From sequence record DRR378314_1779: a stretch of 64,000 bases of DNA, one strand, 5' to 3'. Positions 29,345-39,776 of this stretch are shown here, in pieces. Below the pieces are notes generated by a model that worked only from the letters and a program-made list of their open reading frames with translations, was not told the origin of the DNA and searched no databases. Both the position numbers and the translations under genes were made by a program. Numbering within the stretch: the stretch's first letter is position 1; every line of letters starts with the position of its first letter.

Positions 29345-30379
29345 CTAAATTTGACTTAGCAACAGCCACGCCCCGCCAAGGTAAAGCATAGTGATAAGCA
29401 CGCTCTCCAGGCCAATACGACCGGGGCCTTCGCGTTCACGTCGAATGAGGCCCATGATTAAAATGGCGGACATCAACAGCGTCAGGCATATCCAGAATAA
29501 CGTACCATCGGTCATGGTGTGATAAATCGACCCATCGCGGTAGGCAACATCTGATGCGGCGGTAAATAAGGTATCAAAGGCATTGCCGCCGATAATACCG
29601 CCTACCGCAAGCGTTAATGCGCCACGCCGGACGGCTGCGACTGAAGTGACCAGTTCAGGAATTGAGGTGCTAATGGCGGTCAGCATAACGCCCACCACGG
29701 TTTGAGTCAGTCCTGTCTCTGCTGCAATAATGGTTGCTGAAGGCTCCAGCATATAACCGGCGAATCCGAGCACGACAAACAGGACAAAGAACTCGCTGGT
29801 GAGTCTCACCATTGATGGCATTTGGCTTGTATCATCCGGCTTGTCTTCACGCGTTTCGCGGGTTTTTGTCGGTGCCCACATTGGCGCACTGTGTGCCCGA
29901 TGCACTAGGTGAATACCGTAGATATAAACAAGAAAAAGTATGGGCGTGACCGGGTGAAGACCCCAGACGGTAACATTAGGCAGCAGGGGGGCCATAAGAA
30001 TGAGCGAGAGCAGGACAATAAGTAGTGCGTTTTGCATCATGTTTGGAACCGATGCTGCCGCATGCTCAAGATTCGCGCGCCGGTAGACCATATCGGCCAC
30101 AGTCAGGAAGAAGGTCTGTACCGCAATACCGCCCAGGGCATTGCTCATGGCCAACTCGGCATTACCGTTCCAGGCTGCGGTAACGGACAGCACGGAGCCA
30201 CCAATGGATGTTGTCGCACCCAGTAACACCGCGCCTGCTGCGGCTTCACCGATACCGGTGCGATCAGCAAGCTGGTCAACAATACGTGTAATACGGGTTC
30301 CGGCAATAGCGATAACCAGAGCGCAAACCCCAAATACCGCCAGTCCTTGAAATAACGTCCAGTTATCAGGGTTTAACAA
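29345..30379 (-). CDS. Sodium:calcium antiporter (CaCA/YrbG-like)
   Basis: Alpha repeats GATTS...SNALGG and AISTSIPE...GIIGGNAFD; about 10 TM helices. Confidence 0.88.
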   Translation of the reverse strand: MLNPDNWTLFQGLAVFGVCALVIAIAGTRITRIVDQLADRTGIGEAAAGAVLLGATTSIGGSVLSVTAAWNGNAELAMSNALGGIAVQTFFLTVADMVYRRANLEHAAASVPNMMQNALLIVLLSLILMAPLLPNVTVWGLHPVTPILFLVYIYGIHLVHRAHSAPMWAPTKTRETREDKPDDTSQMPSMVRLTSEFFVLFVVLGFAGYMLEPSATIIAAETGLTQTVVGVMLTAISTSIPELVTSVAAVRRGALTLAVGGIIGGNAFDTLFTAASDVAYRDGSIYHTMTDGTLFWICLTLLMSAILIMGLIRREREGPGRIGLESVLITMLYLGGAWLLLSQI

Positions 30380-30513
30380 AGATCAAAGCCCCTTGTGACG
30401 ACTGATAAAATGAGTATAGCTAGCTGAGTAGGCGGGTCAAACGCGGTGGTGTTCTGTCTTAATTGGGTTGTTATAGGTTATCCTGCGCCTACAAAGCTAT
30501 GAAGGGGATTTCT

Positions 30514-30810
30514 ATGCGAAAAACGGACAAAAAACTTGAGCGCGAGATAATCCGCGAACTGACTCAAATGTGCGAAGCCGCAAAGTTTGATCATGAAGGC
30601 TTTATTTGGCTAACGCACGAGGTTAATTATCAGCGCTTTCCGCAAAGCTTAAAGGTGACACTTGTGTTTAATGAAAGCGTAAGCGAAGAGGTTTTGCTGG
30701 CGGAGTTTCAGGCACTGATCCCAAAAGTACAATTAGCACTTGAACCGGTAATAGGTGAGCCCTTGCTCGCAGCGCAAATTGAGGCTTGCCGGGAACATAC
30801 ACTGCAATAA
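30514..30810 (+). CDS. Conserved hypothetical protein
   Basis: MRKTDKKLEREII..LTQMCE...GFIWLTHEVNYQRFPQSL; AAGGGG RBS before ATG 30514. Confidence 0.65.
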   Translation: MRKTDKKLEREIIRELTQMCEAAKFDHEGFIWLTHEVNYQRFPQSLKVTLVFNESVSEEVLLAEFQALIPKVQLALEPVIGEPLLAAQIEACREHTLQ

Positions 30811-30909
30811 GCCGCTGCCTGCCTTAACAATTTACCCTGCGGTCGTGCCTGCGTTGACATACTGTGCTACAACAGATATTAAGTTTAGAAACCTTACAGG
30901 AGAGAACAC

Positions 30910-32778
30910 ATGTTTGAATATAAAAAGATAGCGCTGGCGGTCTCGCTGGTGTTAATGACAACGGCCTGCTCTGATGCTTCCAAAGAAGAATCGACGACGG
31001 CAACTGCTGAGTCGAAAACCGCGACGACTGAAAACGCTACCCAGAATGCGGAGCAAACCGAATCGGAAAAGGCGAATAAGCTGTTTGAAGATATTTTCAT
31101 GAAAACGGTCATGCGCAGCCCAATGTATCAGTCTTATCTTGGTATTAAAGATGACCAGGATAAATGGGACTATATCTCTGAAGAGCAGGCTCAGGAAGAC
31201 CTTGCGTTTAAAAAAGCGCAGCTTGAACGGGTAATGGCAATTGAAGAGTCAAAGCTTAACGAGCAGACCAGAGTGAGCTGGCTACTGATGAAGCAGAAGC
31301 TGGAGCAGGAGATAGCTGACTTTAAATGGCGTCATTATAACTATCCGGTTAACCAAATGTTCGGTATGCACTCCAGCGTTGCGTCGTTGTTAATTAATCA
31401 GCACGGTATTAGCGAAGTCGATGACGCAGAAGACTATATTTCTCGTCTTAATGGTCTGCCGGAATTATTTGAGCAGTTGGCAGAGAACCTGGAACTGCGG
31501 GCCGAGAAAGGCATTATCGCACCTAAGTTCGTTTACCCTTACGTGATTAGCGACAGCGAAAATATCATTAGCGGTGCACCGTTTGACGATGGTGAACCCA
31601 GCGCGTTATGGGCAGACTTTTCTAAGAAAATAGACGGCTTAGATATTGATGACAGTCAGCGCGATGAGCTTTTAGATTCGGCGAAAAAAGCGATGCTGGA
31701 ATCGGTAAAACCGGCCTACGAAAACTTAATTACTGCAGTAGAAGGCATTGCAGAAAAAGCGACAACCAAAGATGGCGCCTGGAAATTTCCTGACGGTGAA
31801 GCGTTCTACAATAACGCGTTACAACGCACTACGACCACGGATTTAACCGCAGAAGAAATTCATCAAATTGGTCTGGACGAAGTAGAGCGTATCCACGAAG
31901 AAATGCGCGGCATTATGAAAGAAGTTGGCTTTGACGGTACGCTTCAAGAATTCTTTGTGCACATGCGCAACAGTGACGATTTTACTTATCCAAGTACCGA
32001 AGAGGGTCGCAAGCGTTATCTGGATGAAGCAACGGCTATTATCGATAATATGCGTGGACGTCTTGACGAACTGTTCCTCAATAAGCCTAAAGCTGACTTA
32101 ACGGTAAAAGCGGTGGAACCTTTCCGCGAGAAATCTGCAGGTAAAGCTTTCTATCAGCAGCCGTCAATGGACGGTTCACGTCCGGGAATTTACTACGCCA
32201 ACCTTTATGACATGGCCTCCATGCCAACCTACCAGATGGAAGCCTTGGCTTATCACGAGGGCATTCCGGGTCACCATATGCAAATTGCAATGGCACAGGA
32301 ACTGGAAGGTATTCCTAGCTTCAGAAAGTATGGCCGTTACACGGCGTATACCGAAGGCTGGGGGCTTTATACCGAGAAACTTCCAAAAGAAATTGGTCTG
32401 TATGAAGACCCATATTCAGACTTTGGTCGCTTAGCTATGGAATTGTGGCGTGCAGTGCGTTTGGTTGTTGATACCGGTATCCATGATAAAAAGTGGACTC
32501 GTGAAGAGGGTATCGATTTCTACGTAAACAATACGCCGAACGCGAAGGCAGACGCTGTGAAAATGGTTGAGCGCCATATTGTTATGCCGAGTCAGGCAAC
32601 AGCCTATAAAATTGGTATGAATAAAATTCTGGAATTGCGTGAAAAAGCGAAATCAGAGCTTGGCGACAAGTTTGATATTCGTGAATTCCATGATGTTGTG
32701 CTGGGTAGTGGTCCGGTGCCACTTAATGTTCTTGAGCAGTTCGTTAACGACTATATCAGTGAAACGAAAGCTTCTTAG
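30910..32778 (+). CDS. DUF885 family lipoprotein (putative zinc peptidase)
   Basis: Lipobox TTAC; YHEGIPGHHMQ, AYTEGWGLY, RAVRLVVDTGIH and QATAYKIG. Confidence 0.92.
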   Translation: MFEYKKIALAVSLVLMTTACSDASKEESTTATAESKTATTENATQNAEQTESEKANKLFEDIFMKTVMRSPMYQSYLGIKDDQDKWDYISEEQAQEDLAFKKAQLERVMAIEESKLNEQTRVSWLLMKQKLEQEIADFKWRHYNYPVNQMFGMHSSVASLLINQHGISEVDDAEDYISRLNGLPELFEQLAENLELRAEKGIIAPKFVYPYVISDSENIISGAPFDDGEPSALWADFSKKIDGLDIDDSQRDELLDSAKKAMLESVKPAYENLITAVEGIAEKATTKDGAWKFPDGEAFYNNALQRTTTTDLTAEEIHQIGLDEVERIHEEMRGIMKEVGFDGTLQEFFVHMRNSDDFTYPSTEEGRKRYLDEATAIIDNMRGRLDELFLNKPKADLTVKAVEPFREKSAGKAFYQQPSMDGSRPGIYYANLYDMASMPTYQMEALAYHEGIPGHHMQIAMAQELEGIPSFRKYGRYTAYTEGWGLYTEKLPKEIGLYEDPYSDFGRLAMELWRAVRLVVDTGIHDKKWTREEGIDFYVNNTPNAKADAVKMVERHIVMPSQATAYKIGMNKILELREKAKSELGDKFDIREFHDVVLGSGPVPLNVLEQFVNDYISETKAS

Positions 32779-32794
32779 TAGCTCAATCTAAATT

Positions 32795-32831
32795 CAGCGC
32801 ATCATCGTTTTAACTCGGCGGTGATGCGCTG
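32795..32831. terminator. Hairpin between convergent genes
   Basis: CAGCGCATCATCG / CGGTGATGCGCTG inverted repeat. Confidence 0.6.
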
Positions 32832-32841
32832 CTTACATTTG

Positions 32842-33741
32842 TTATTCACTCAGTCGATTCCCGCCATCGCGTTTGGCCTGATACATAGCCTGATCGGCGT
32901 GGTTTATTAAAGCATCCACTGTGTCGCCATGTTTAGGCCACAGAGCCATTCCTATACTGGCGGTAATAACCTCTTCTCCGTGCGGAAGCATTAATGGTGT
33001 CTGCATTGCCTGACGAATTTTGTCAGCAACCGCTCGCACTATATCGACTCCTTCATCTGTTGTCGGAATAGCATCAATAAGTACCACAAACTCATCGCCA
33101 CCTAGGCGCGCTACTGTGTCGGTTGCACGAATTGAAGACGCAATCCGCTCAGCAACTCCCTTCAGTAACTGGTCACCGGTTGCGTGGCCATGGGCGTCAT
33201 TAATATGCTTGAATTTGTCGAGATCCAGATATAATAACCCCAGGCCGACATCGTCACGTTCAGCTCGCTTCTGCGATGTGCTCACTCGATCATAAAATAA
33301 TGCGCGGTTGGGCAGTTGAGTTAACGGGTCTGTCAGTGCCATGTGCTCTAATCGCGATATTAAAGCCTCACGTTGATGTTCTAATCGCTTTTGTTCGGAA
33401 ATGTCGCGGGCAACGCCGACCCGCATCTGATCTCGTTCCGACCAACGCGCCGACCACAGCAAATAGACTATAGAGCCATCTTTACGTATATAGCGATTTT
33501 CAAAGTGAACAATCTGTTCGCCTGCGTTGATCTGTTGCGCGACAGCCAATGTTGCCTGATGGTCATCGGGGTGCATAAAGTCAAACATTGAGCGACCAAT
33601 CATTTCTTCAGGTGCATAGCCGAAAACACGCGCTGAGCCTGGACTTAAATAGCTAAATTGGTGTTGTTTATTAACAACGCAAATGGCGTCTAATAGCAAA
33701 TCCATATATTTGGCTAGATCGGCGAACGCAGTTTTATTCAT
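32842..33741 (-). CDS. PAS-GGDEF diguanylate cyclase
   Basis: HPDD PAS domain; DPLTQLPNR, DLDKFK and RATD...GGDEF. Confidence 0.95.
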   Translation of the reverse strand: MNKTAFADLAKYMDLLLDAICVVNKQHQFSYLSPGSARVFGYAPEEMIGRSMFDFMHPDDHQATLAVAQQINAGEQIVHFENRYIRKDGSIVYLLWSARWSERDQMRVGVARDISEQKRLEHQREALISRLEHMALTDPLTQLPNRALFYDRVSTSQKRAERDDVGLGLLYLDLDKFKHINDAHGHATGDQLLKGVAERIASSIRATDTVARLGGDEFVVLIDAIPTTDEGVDIVRAVADKIRQAMQTPLMLPHGEEVITASIGMALWPKHGDTVDALINHADQAMYQAKRDGGNRLSE

Positions 33742-33933
33742 TGCAAATATATGACTCGGCTGTTGTAAATATTAATATTGACATGGTTGCGCGTAAGCAA
33801 AGCCATTGTCCACTGTTTTAAGCAGGTTTTACCTGTGCGACTAATACGCTATTTTGTGTTCGTAGGTTCAGTATACACATTCCAATCTTTACAAAACCGC
33901 GCTAGCATAGAAAAAAAGCGGCTAAAAACTCTT

Positions 33934-35016
33934 ATGAAATACTGGCGGAAATACCACCCGACTATTGGCGCTGATGATCCTCGGTATCATCAGGTATCGC
34001 TGATATATAGTGTTTTACTTATCATGCTGATTTACTTCGGTTCAATTGGCTTGCTGAATATTACGCTTTTCGATGCTGCTGATATTGCTGTTTTCGATTT
34101 CTCAGGTTTTTTGTTAGCTGCCGCTATTTATTTTTACGTAAGCCGGGGCGGTAACTTTAAAGTTGCAGGTTGGGTGGTGACCGCAACCTTAATCTTTGTA
34201 TTACTTGCTTTTATTCATGTAGCCGAAGGGCGGAATTATTCACTCCTGTGGGTCACTATTTTACCTCCGATAGCATTCTTTTTGCTTGGACCGAAGGCCG
34301 GCAGCTGGGTAACTGGTTCGGTATTTGCTTATTGCAGTTGGTTTTTGTATCAACTGCTTGGGCAGGGGCTGCCTGGAAACTTAAGCCTGGGTGCGTTTTT
34401 CAACTTTATTGAAGTGGCAACAGCGCAAATTTTTATATTTCGCTATTATGAAAGATCAAGACGTAAGGCATACGCACAGCTACAAAAAACTTCGGTAACT
34501 GATCCTCTAACTGGTATTTTTAATCGTCTGCACTTAGATAATACTTTAAAGACGCTGCTGGCCGCCTCAAAACGCGATTCACACTCTACGTCGGTATTAT
34601 TGCTAGATGTCGACCATTTCAAACGTATTAATGACGAATACGGGCACATAGTTGGCGATAAAGTTTTGGTCGCTATTGCTCATATCATGAAAGAGGAGAC
34701 TCGCGATGGCGATCTGGTTGGTCGTTGGGGTGGTGAGGAATTTCTGATTATTTGCCCTAAAACCGATGCGCAGCAAGCTGAACATATTGCCAACCGAATA
34801 GTAATGAAGCTTAATAACGAAACTTTACTCGAAGATATTAGTGTTACGGTCAGTATTGGTGTCGCTACGTCACGAGCAAGTGAAAAAGAATATACGGCTG
34901 AAAAGTTGTTGCAAACGGCAGATAAAAACCTGTATCAGGCGAAAGCTGATGGGAGAAATACTGTTGTGGCGAGTTTTACCGACGTTGCCTTCGACAGTGC
35001 CCAGAACCGTATTTAA
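33934..35016 (+). CDS. Membrane-bound GGDEF diguanylate cyclase
   Basis: About 6 TM helices, then DPLTG, DVDHFK and RDGD...GGEEF; start ATG 33934 preferred over the track start. Confidence 0.92.
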   Translation: MKYWRKYHPTIGADDPRYHQVSLIYSVLLIMLIYFGSIGLLNITLFDAADIAVFDFSGFLLAAAIYFYVSRGGNFKVAGWVVTATLIFVLLAFIHVAEGRNYSLLWVTILPPIAFFLLGPKAGSWVTGSVFAYCSWFLYQLLGQGLPGNLSLGAFFNFIEVATAQIFIFRYYERSRRKAYAQLQKTSVTDPLTGIFNRLHLDNTLKTLLAASKRDSHSTSVLLLDVDHFKRINDEYGHIVGDKVLVAIAHIMKEETRDGDLVGRWGGEEFLIICPKTDAQQAEHIANRIVMKLNNETLLEDISVTVSIGVATSRASEKEYTAEKLLQTADKNLYQAKADGRNTVVASFTDVAFDSAQNRI

Positions 35017-35131
35017 TTTCATCCCGCCAGCTTTTCCATTTTACGGCTCTTTAAAGATATTGAAAGAGTTGAGTGAAACCTCCACTTCTGTGCTATTGAT
35101 TAAGGATGGAATTGAAAGCGAGAGTCGTATT

Positions 35132-35602
35132 ATGCAACAGAAAATTTCTTATGGTTTAGTTTTTGCTTTGATGGTACTTATGGCTGGCTGTGCGTCGCCG
35201 TCTTCTTCAGTGCTTATTGGCGATGCTCGTCCGGAAATTTCAGCTGAGCAGGTAAAAGTCTATTTAGAAAAGCCAGCGAACTATGAGGAAATAGCCTTAA
35301 TTGAAGCAACCAGCGACTCCTCATGGAGCTTTGGTGAGCAGGCGAAAATGGATGCTGTATTAAAGCGCCTGAAACAGGAAGCGGCAAAAGTTGGGGCGAA
35401 TGGAATTTTGCTTCAAAAAACGGGTGAAAAAGAAGGTAACTCTGTTTATGTCGGCACCGGTGCCGGGAAATACTCTGGTAACTTGGGCTTAGGAGTGAGT
35501 GTGGGTAAGGCTTTTGGGTTGACTGATAAAACCGGAGAAGGCATTGCTATTTATGTGAAACCTGAAGACGAGAAAGCCGTTGAATCGGATAAAAACGATT
35601 AG
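35132..35602 (+). CDS. Small lipoprotein (YbjQ/heavy-metal-binding-like fold possible)
   Basis: Lipobox MAGC after ATG 35132; LKQEAAKVGANGILL pattern. Confidence 0.7.
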   Translation: MQQKISYGLVFALMVLMAGCASPSSSVLIGDARPEISAEQVKVYLEKPANYEEIALIEATSDSSWSFGEQAKMDAVLKRLKQEAAKVGANGILLQKTGEKEGNSVYVGTGAGKYSGNLGLGVSVGKAFGLTDKTGEGIAIYVKPEDEKAVESDKND

Positions 35603-35683
35603 AGTCAGCCCAGTTAAATTAGTGGTATAAAGACCTAAGTCAATTTATAGTGGTGACTAAATAATAATCACAACTAATGAACT

Positions 35684-37126
35684 ATGCTAACAATCAGGAC
35701 AGCCCTCAGCCGAGTCTCACTGCTATTTGTTATTGCTTTATTGCTGCCTGTTATCATAAGTAAAGTGGCCCATGGAGCTCAGCGAGAGGCGATTGATTAT
35801 TGCGTAGACCCGGACTGGCTGCCTTACGAAGCTATTCGCGATGGAAAACACGTTGGTATTTCATCCGACTACTTGGCCATTCTGGCGGACAAACTCAATG
35901 TGGATTTTCGTTTAGTTCCAACTAATACCTGGTTGGAAACGTTGGAATTTCTGCGGCAAGGGAAATGCCACTTAGTACCCATACTAAACGCGTCAGAGAG
36001 TCGCTCCCAGTATCTAAAATTCAGTGAGGTATACTTTTCCGCGCCGAATGTTCTGGTATCAACCGATAATCAGCCTTTTCTACAAGATGTCGACAACATT
36101 GGCGCACGTAAACTGGGGATGCCCCGGGGCTACCGGATGGTGGAATTTCTGGAGCGCTATTATCCCGCTATAGAATTCCGTCTTATGGATAATGAAAAGG
36201 AAGCTTTGATAGCGGTATCAAAAGGGGATATCGACCTTACCATTACTTCCATTTTATCTGCGAATAGTTACATCCAGTCGGCCGAGCTTAATAACTTAAA
36301 AATAGCGGGTTGGGCTCTGTTAGAAGACCGTTTAAGGGTTGGTGTTACTGAGCAATATGAACACTTGTTGCCAGCAATAAATACTGCGTTAGAAGAAATT
36401 AATGATGGCCACCGCATGGATATTTATCAGCGCTGGAGCAATGTCAAAATAGTGAACGAACCAGATTATCGCTTGTTTTGGAAAGCCGCGTCAGTGACGG
36501 GCATTGTATTTGTTTTAGTGTTTATTTATTTTTTAATGTTGCGGCGAATGAACTGGAAATTACAGCAACAGAATAATGAGTTGGAAATGTTGCGTCGGCA
36601 ATTGGAAGCATCCAATAAAGAACTCTCCTATTCTTCAAGCCATGATCCTCTGACTCAGCTTTATAACCGGCATCACTTTAATCAGCAGCTGCAAAGACGA
36701 GTGGAAGACCTGGGAGAAACCTGCGTGTTGATTGTCGATGTTGATCATTTTAAGCAGGTCAATGATGAGTTTGGCCACAGCGCAGGAGATGAAATTCTAC
36801 GGCAATTTGCCGACGTTCTGCGTCAGGAAGTGAGAGCTACAGATGTTGTTGCCCGTTGGGGTGGAGAGGAGTTCGTTATTTTTTGTCCCCAAACCAATGT
36901 AAAAGATGCTCAATTACTATGTGAGCGTTTACTTTCCTCTGTCAGACAAAAAAGCTTTGAGCCTGTGGCTCAGTTAACTTGCAGTATAGGCGGCGCGCGC
37001 CTTGCAGAAAATGAAACCGTTAATGAATGTCTTGAGAGAGCCGATAAGGCATTATATCGGGCAAAGAATAAAGGCCGCGATACCTGGTTGTGGGACGGTG
37101 AGGCAAGCACCGCCCCGGCCAGCTAA
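35684..37126 (+). CDS. Periplasmic-binding-domain diguanylate cyclase
   Basis: [11 protein letters not shown] PBPb domain, TM helix, coiled coil and RATD...GGEEF. Confidence 0.93.
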   Translation: MLTIRTALSRVSLLFVIALLLPVIISKVAHGAQREAIDYCVDPDWLPYEAIRDGKHVGISSDYLAILADKLNVDFRLVPTNTWLETLEFLRQGKCHLVPILNASESRSQYLKFSEVYFSAPNVLVSTDNQPFLQDVDNIGARKLGMPRGYRMVEFLERYYPAIEFRLMDNEKEALIAVSKGDIDLTITSILSANSYIQSAELNNLKIAGWALLEDRLRVGVTEQYEHLLPAINTALEEINDGHRMDIYQRWSNVKIVNEPDYRLFWKAASVTGIVFVLVFIYFLMLRRMNWKLQQQNNELEMLRRQLEASNKELSYSSSHDPLTQLYNRHHFNQQLQRRVEDLGETCVLIVDVDHFKQVNDEFGHSAGDEILRQFADVLRQEVRATDVVARWGGEEFVIFCPQTNVKDAQLLCERLLSSVRQKSFEPVAQLTCSIGGARLAENETVNECLERADKALYRAKNKGRDTWLWDGEASTAPAS

Positions 37127-37401
37127 CTACGAGACAATGTCTTAATTAAGTGCCAGCCAAATTGGGTTTTGACCGGGCCATGCACTTCAAGTGTGGGCTT
37201 ACCAAACACCACTTTGTCAAATGCCGGTACCATTTGTCCGCGGTTAAACTCGCCTAAGTCACCACCTTTTTTGCCCGATGGGCAAAGTGAGTGCTTACGT
37301 GCAAGCTCAGCAAACTTTGCACCTTTGGCCAGTTGCTCTTTTAGTTTTTCGGCCTCATCTTTCGTTTCAACTAAAATATGTAATGCGTGTGCTCTTGCCA
37401 T
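37123..37401 (-). CDS. ppiC: Parvulin peptidyl-prolyl isomerase
   Basis: [28 protein letters not shown] and KTQFGWHLI. Confidence 0.96.
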   Translation of the reverse strand: MARAHALHILVETKDEAEKLKEQLAKGAKFAELARKHSLCPSGKKGGDLGEFNRGQMVPAFDKVVFGKPTLEVHGPVKTQFGWHLIKTLSRS

Positions 37402-37427
37402 TTCTACCCCCGGTGTTTATATCGGTT

Positions 37428-37862
37428 TTATTCAGGGACTTCAGTCGCGTTCCAGTTAACAGCCTGCCAGCGACCGTCCCGTTCAATAAGAACGCCGGTA
37501 TTGTAATAGTATTTTGTCACTTTTCCTTCTTCTTCGGCGGTTAGTGTGAAATTAAAAACCACCGTGTCACCAAATTGTTTTACTTCGATATCTTCGGCAC
37601 CGTACCAAACTTCGACGTTTTCCGGTTCTTTGGTTTTTGAGCTTTTCACGCCGGACATAAGGTGCTCTTTATCGAAGCGATTACCGCTGGAGCTGGTATA
37701 AGTTAACTCATCTGCCCAGAAACGGTCGTGAGCTTGAGGGTCGTTAATGCTGGCGCCATAAAGAAAGCCCTCGACAGCTTTCGTTGTAGCCTCTTTTACG
37801 CTCTCTTGCGCTAAAGCCGCGCTGCTGAATAGCAAGGTAAAAACTATAATTAAGTATCGCAT
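37428..37862 (-). CDS. Exported NTF2-like (DUF4440) protein
   Basis: Signal peptide; ADELTYTSSSG and RDGRWQAV are SnoaL/NTF2-type motifs. Confidence 0.75.
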   Translation of the reverse strand: MRYLIIVFTLLFSSAALAQESVKEATTKAVEGFLYGASINDPQAHDRFWADELTYTSSSGNRFDKEHLMSGVKSSKTKEPENVEVWYGAEDIEVKQFGDTVVFNFTLTAEEEGKVTKYYYNTGVLIERDGRWQAVNWNATEVPE

Positions 37863-37948
37863 GGTTATTCTTCCTTTAAGTTATACTTTTATTTTCTGTA
37901 TGCTGTCAGCATATGGCAAGCTTTCATAAGCGGCAAATAGGTTTACAT

Positions 37949-38371
37949 ATGCTTACTAAACAGACCGAAGTTCAGTTAAAGCCCAAAACACGAGGGTTTC
38001 ACCTTATTACTCATGAAGTTGAGCAAGCTTTATCGCAATTCGGCGTGGTTAAAGTGGGGCTATTACACGTATTTATAAAGCACACATCAGCGTCCCTGAC
38101 CATCAACGAAAACTCTGATCCAACAGTGCGGCAGGATTTTGAAAGCCACTTTAATGAAATGGTACCGGAGAATGCGCCCTATTACCGGCATACATTTGAA
38201 GGTTCTGACGACATGCCCGCACATTTAAAGTCCAGTATTCTGGGAAGTAGCGTGACGGTTCCGGTTACCGAAGGTGGTCTGAATATGGGAACATGGCAAG
38301 GTATATACCTATGTGAACATAGAGATCATGGTGGCGCCCGTACTTTAGTTTTGACATTGCAGGGTGAGTGA
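37949..38371 (+). CDS. yjbQ: YjbQ/UPF0047 family protein
   Basis: RGFHLIT, HTSASLTINEN, EGSDDMPAHLK and GTWQGIYLCEHR. Confidence 0.95.
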   Translation: MLTKQTEVQLKPKTRGFHLITHEVEQALSQFGVVKVGLLHVFIKHTSASLTINENSDPTVRQDFESHFNEMVPENAPYYRHTFEGSDDMPAHLKSSILGSSVTVPVTEGGLNMGTWQGIYLCEHRDHGGARTLVLTLQGE

Positions 38372-38389
38372 GGGGTAGCGAGTACTCAC

Positions 38390-38497
38390 TTAGCCAAACC
38401 TGGCAATAAGAAAAATAAGAGCTAAAGCAGCAATTACCCCGACAATGGTGAAAATGCCGTGTTTGTAGATACGCTGGTCTTTCCGTTCTGTCGTCAT
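38390..38497 (-). CDS. Small single-pass membrane protein (35 aa)
   Basis: Manual translation MTTERKDQRIYKHGIFTIVGVIAALALIFLIARFG*; starts 9 nt after the MFS stop; below the ORF-track cutoff. Confidence 0.55.
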   Translation of the reverse strand: MTTERKDQRIYKHGIFTIVGVIAALALIFLIARFG

Positions 38498-38506
38498 GCT
38501 TTTTCT

Positions 38507-39685
38507 CTATGCTGATAATTTACGCATTGCCCATAAACCAATAACGGGGCCGGGCAGTAAAAGCCAGGTTACCCATTCATTATGTATAGACCACAAATTG
38601 CTGGTTAGCCATATTGCCGGTAGTGTTAAAGAAAAGCCAATGGCATTCATTATAGCCAGTGCCGAACCAATATTCTCCTTTGGCGCAAACTGGGCGGCTA
38701 GTGCCGAAAATTGTGGGGAGTCGGCGATAACAGTCAGTCCCCACAGTAGTAATAAAGCGAAAATAAACCCTGCCGGAAGCTCTGTCATTAAAGGGTATAG
38801 TAAGCAAATAGCACCGGAACTGAATAAAGCCAGTCGGGCAACGCGTAAACCGCCTATTTTTTTACTCATGATACCGCCGCCAATGCAGCCCAGGCTACCA
38901 ATAGCAATAATGCTAAAGGCCAGCCAGGGCACTGTGCCTAACGGCACGTTGAGAGTCGCTAATGGGTGCAATACCAACAATGGTGTCAGCATCCAAAAGG
39001 CGTAGAGTTCCCAGGCATGACCAAAGTAGCCTATTGCTATGGCACGAAACTTAGGTTGGGTTAATGCGCGTAATCCGGAACGTAACGTTTGGGGTGTCGC
39101 TACGCTAGGTAAATGAGGCCCACTACCAAGCCAGCCCACTAATAAACCGCCAAGCAATGCCAGTATTGACGAAGTTAAAAGAGGAATTTCCCAGGAAAAG
39201 TCCAGAGTAATGCCACGCATAAGATGTGGTAGCGCTGTTCCGAGCGTTAGCATGGCTAATAACCAGGAAAGGGCACTGCCAGCGTAGCGTGGAACCCAGG
39301 ATATCACCAGTTTCATTCCCATTGGGTAAATTCCTGCCAGGCAAAGTCCGGTTAAGAAACGTAATAGCCAGCCGAGAGTTGAGTGATCAATTGCAACAAT
39401 AAATAGGGCATTAACCAGGGCACCGGCAATGCTCGAGAGTAAAAATATCTGACTGGCTCGGTAACGATCAGCAAAACCGGTTAACGCCAGCGTTAGAGTT
39501 CCGATAATAAAGCCCAGCTGCACAGCCAGGGTATAAGCGCCTAAGTCTGCTTCGTTAAGGTGATGCTCTGCCGATAAAGGAAGCCAGACACCGTTAATGC
39601 TGAACCACAAGGACGTGCCCAGTAATTGAGAGAGAATAATCAAGGGTAAAGCGAGTTGCTGGTGCAGTTTGGTATTGCTTAGCAT
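38507..39685 (-). CDS. MFS transporter
   Basis: About 12 TM helices; LRFLTGLCLAGIYPMGMK, GYFGHAWELYAFW and IADSPQFSAL. Confidence 0.92.
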   Translation of the reverse strand: MLSNTKLHQQLALPLIILSQLLGTSLWFSINGVWLPLSAEHHLNEADLGAYTLAVQLGFIIGTLTLALTGFADRYRASQIFLLSSIAGALVNALFIVAIDHSTLGWLLRFLTGLCLAGIYPMGMKLVISWVPRYAGSALSWLLAMLTLGTALPHLMRGITLDFSWEIPLLTSSILALLGGLLVGWLGSGPHLPSVATPQTLRSGLRALTQPKFRAIAIGYFGHAWELYAFWMLTPLLVLHPLATLNVPLGTVPWLAFSIIAIGSLGCIGGGIMSKKIGGLRVARLALFSSGAICLLYPLMTELPAGFIFALLLLWGLTVIADSPQFSALAAQFAPKENIGSALAIMNAIGFSLTLPAIWLTSNLWSIHNEWVTWLLLPGPVIGLWAMRKLSA

Positions 39686-39776
39686 GGCGCCGTTAGTTGC
39701 ATCTTTTAGGAGGTCATTTTTTATTTGCCTTACATTACCTTAGTTAGCGAACTAACGCGACGTTAGGTTTTCTTCT

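Noticed and set aside
17579-30420. Intact mobilisable genomic island or prophage
   Set aside because: No integrase, excisionase, relaxase, transposase or phage gene, and no att duplication found by eye.
30862-30875. LexA box (CTGT...ACAG) upstream of the DUF885 gene
   Set aside because: Spacer is 6 nt, not the 8 nt required.
34841-35131. N-terminal extension of the 253-aa ORF, and similar long starts for ntrB, the ECF, the HTH, pgsW and pgsC
   Set aside because: The extensions overlap neighbouring genes or regulatory sites; downstream starts give proper RBSs, signal peptides or stop-start coupling.
38496-39005. 169-aa ORF antisense to the MFS gene, and other antisense shadow ORFs in the track
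   Set aside because: They lie opposite well-supported genes and carry no recognisable motifs.
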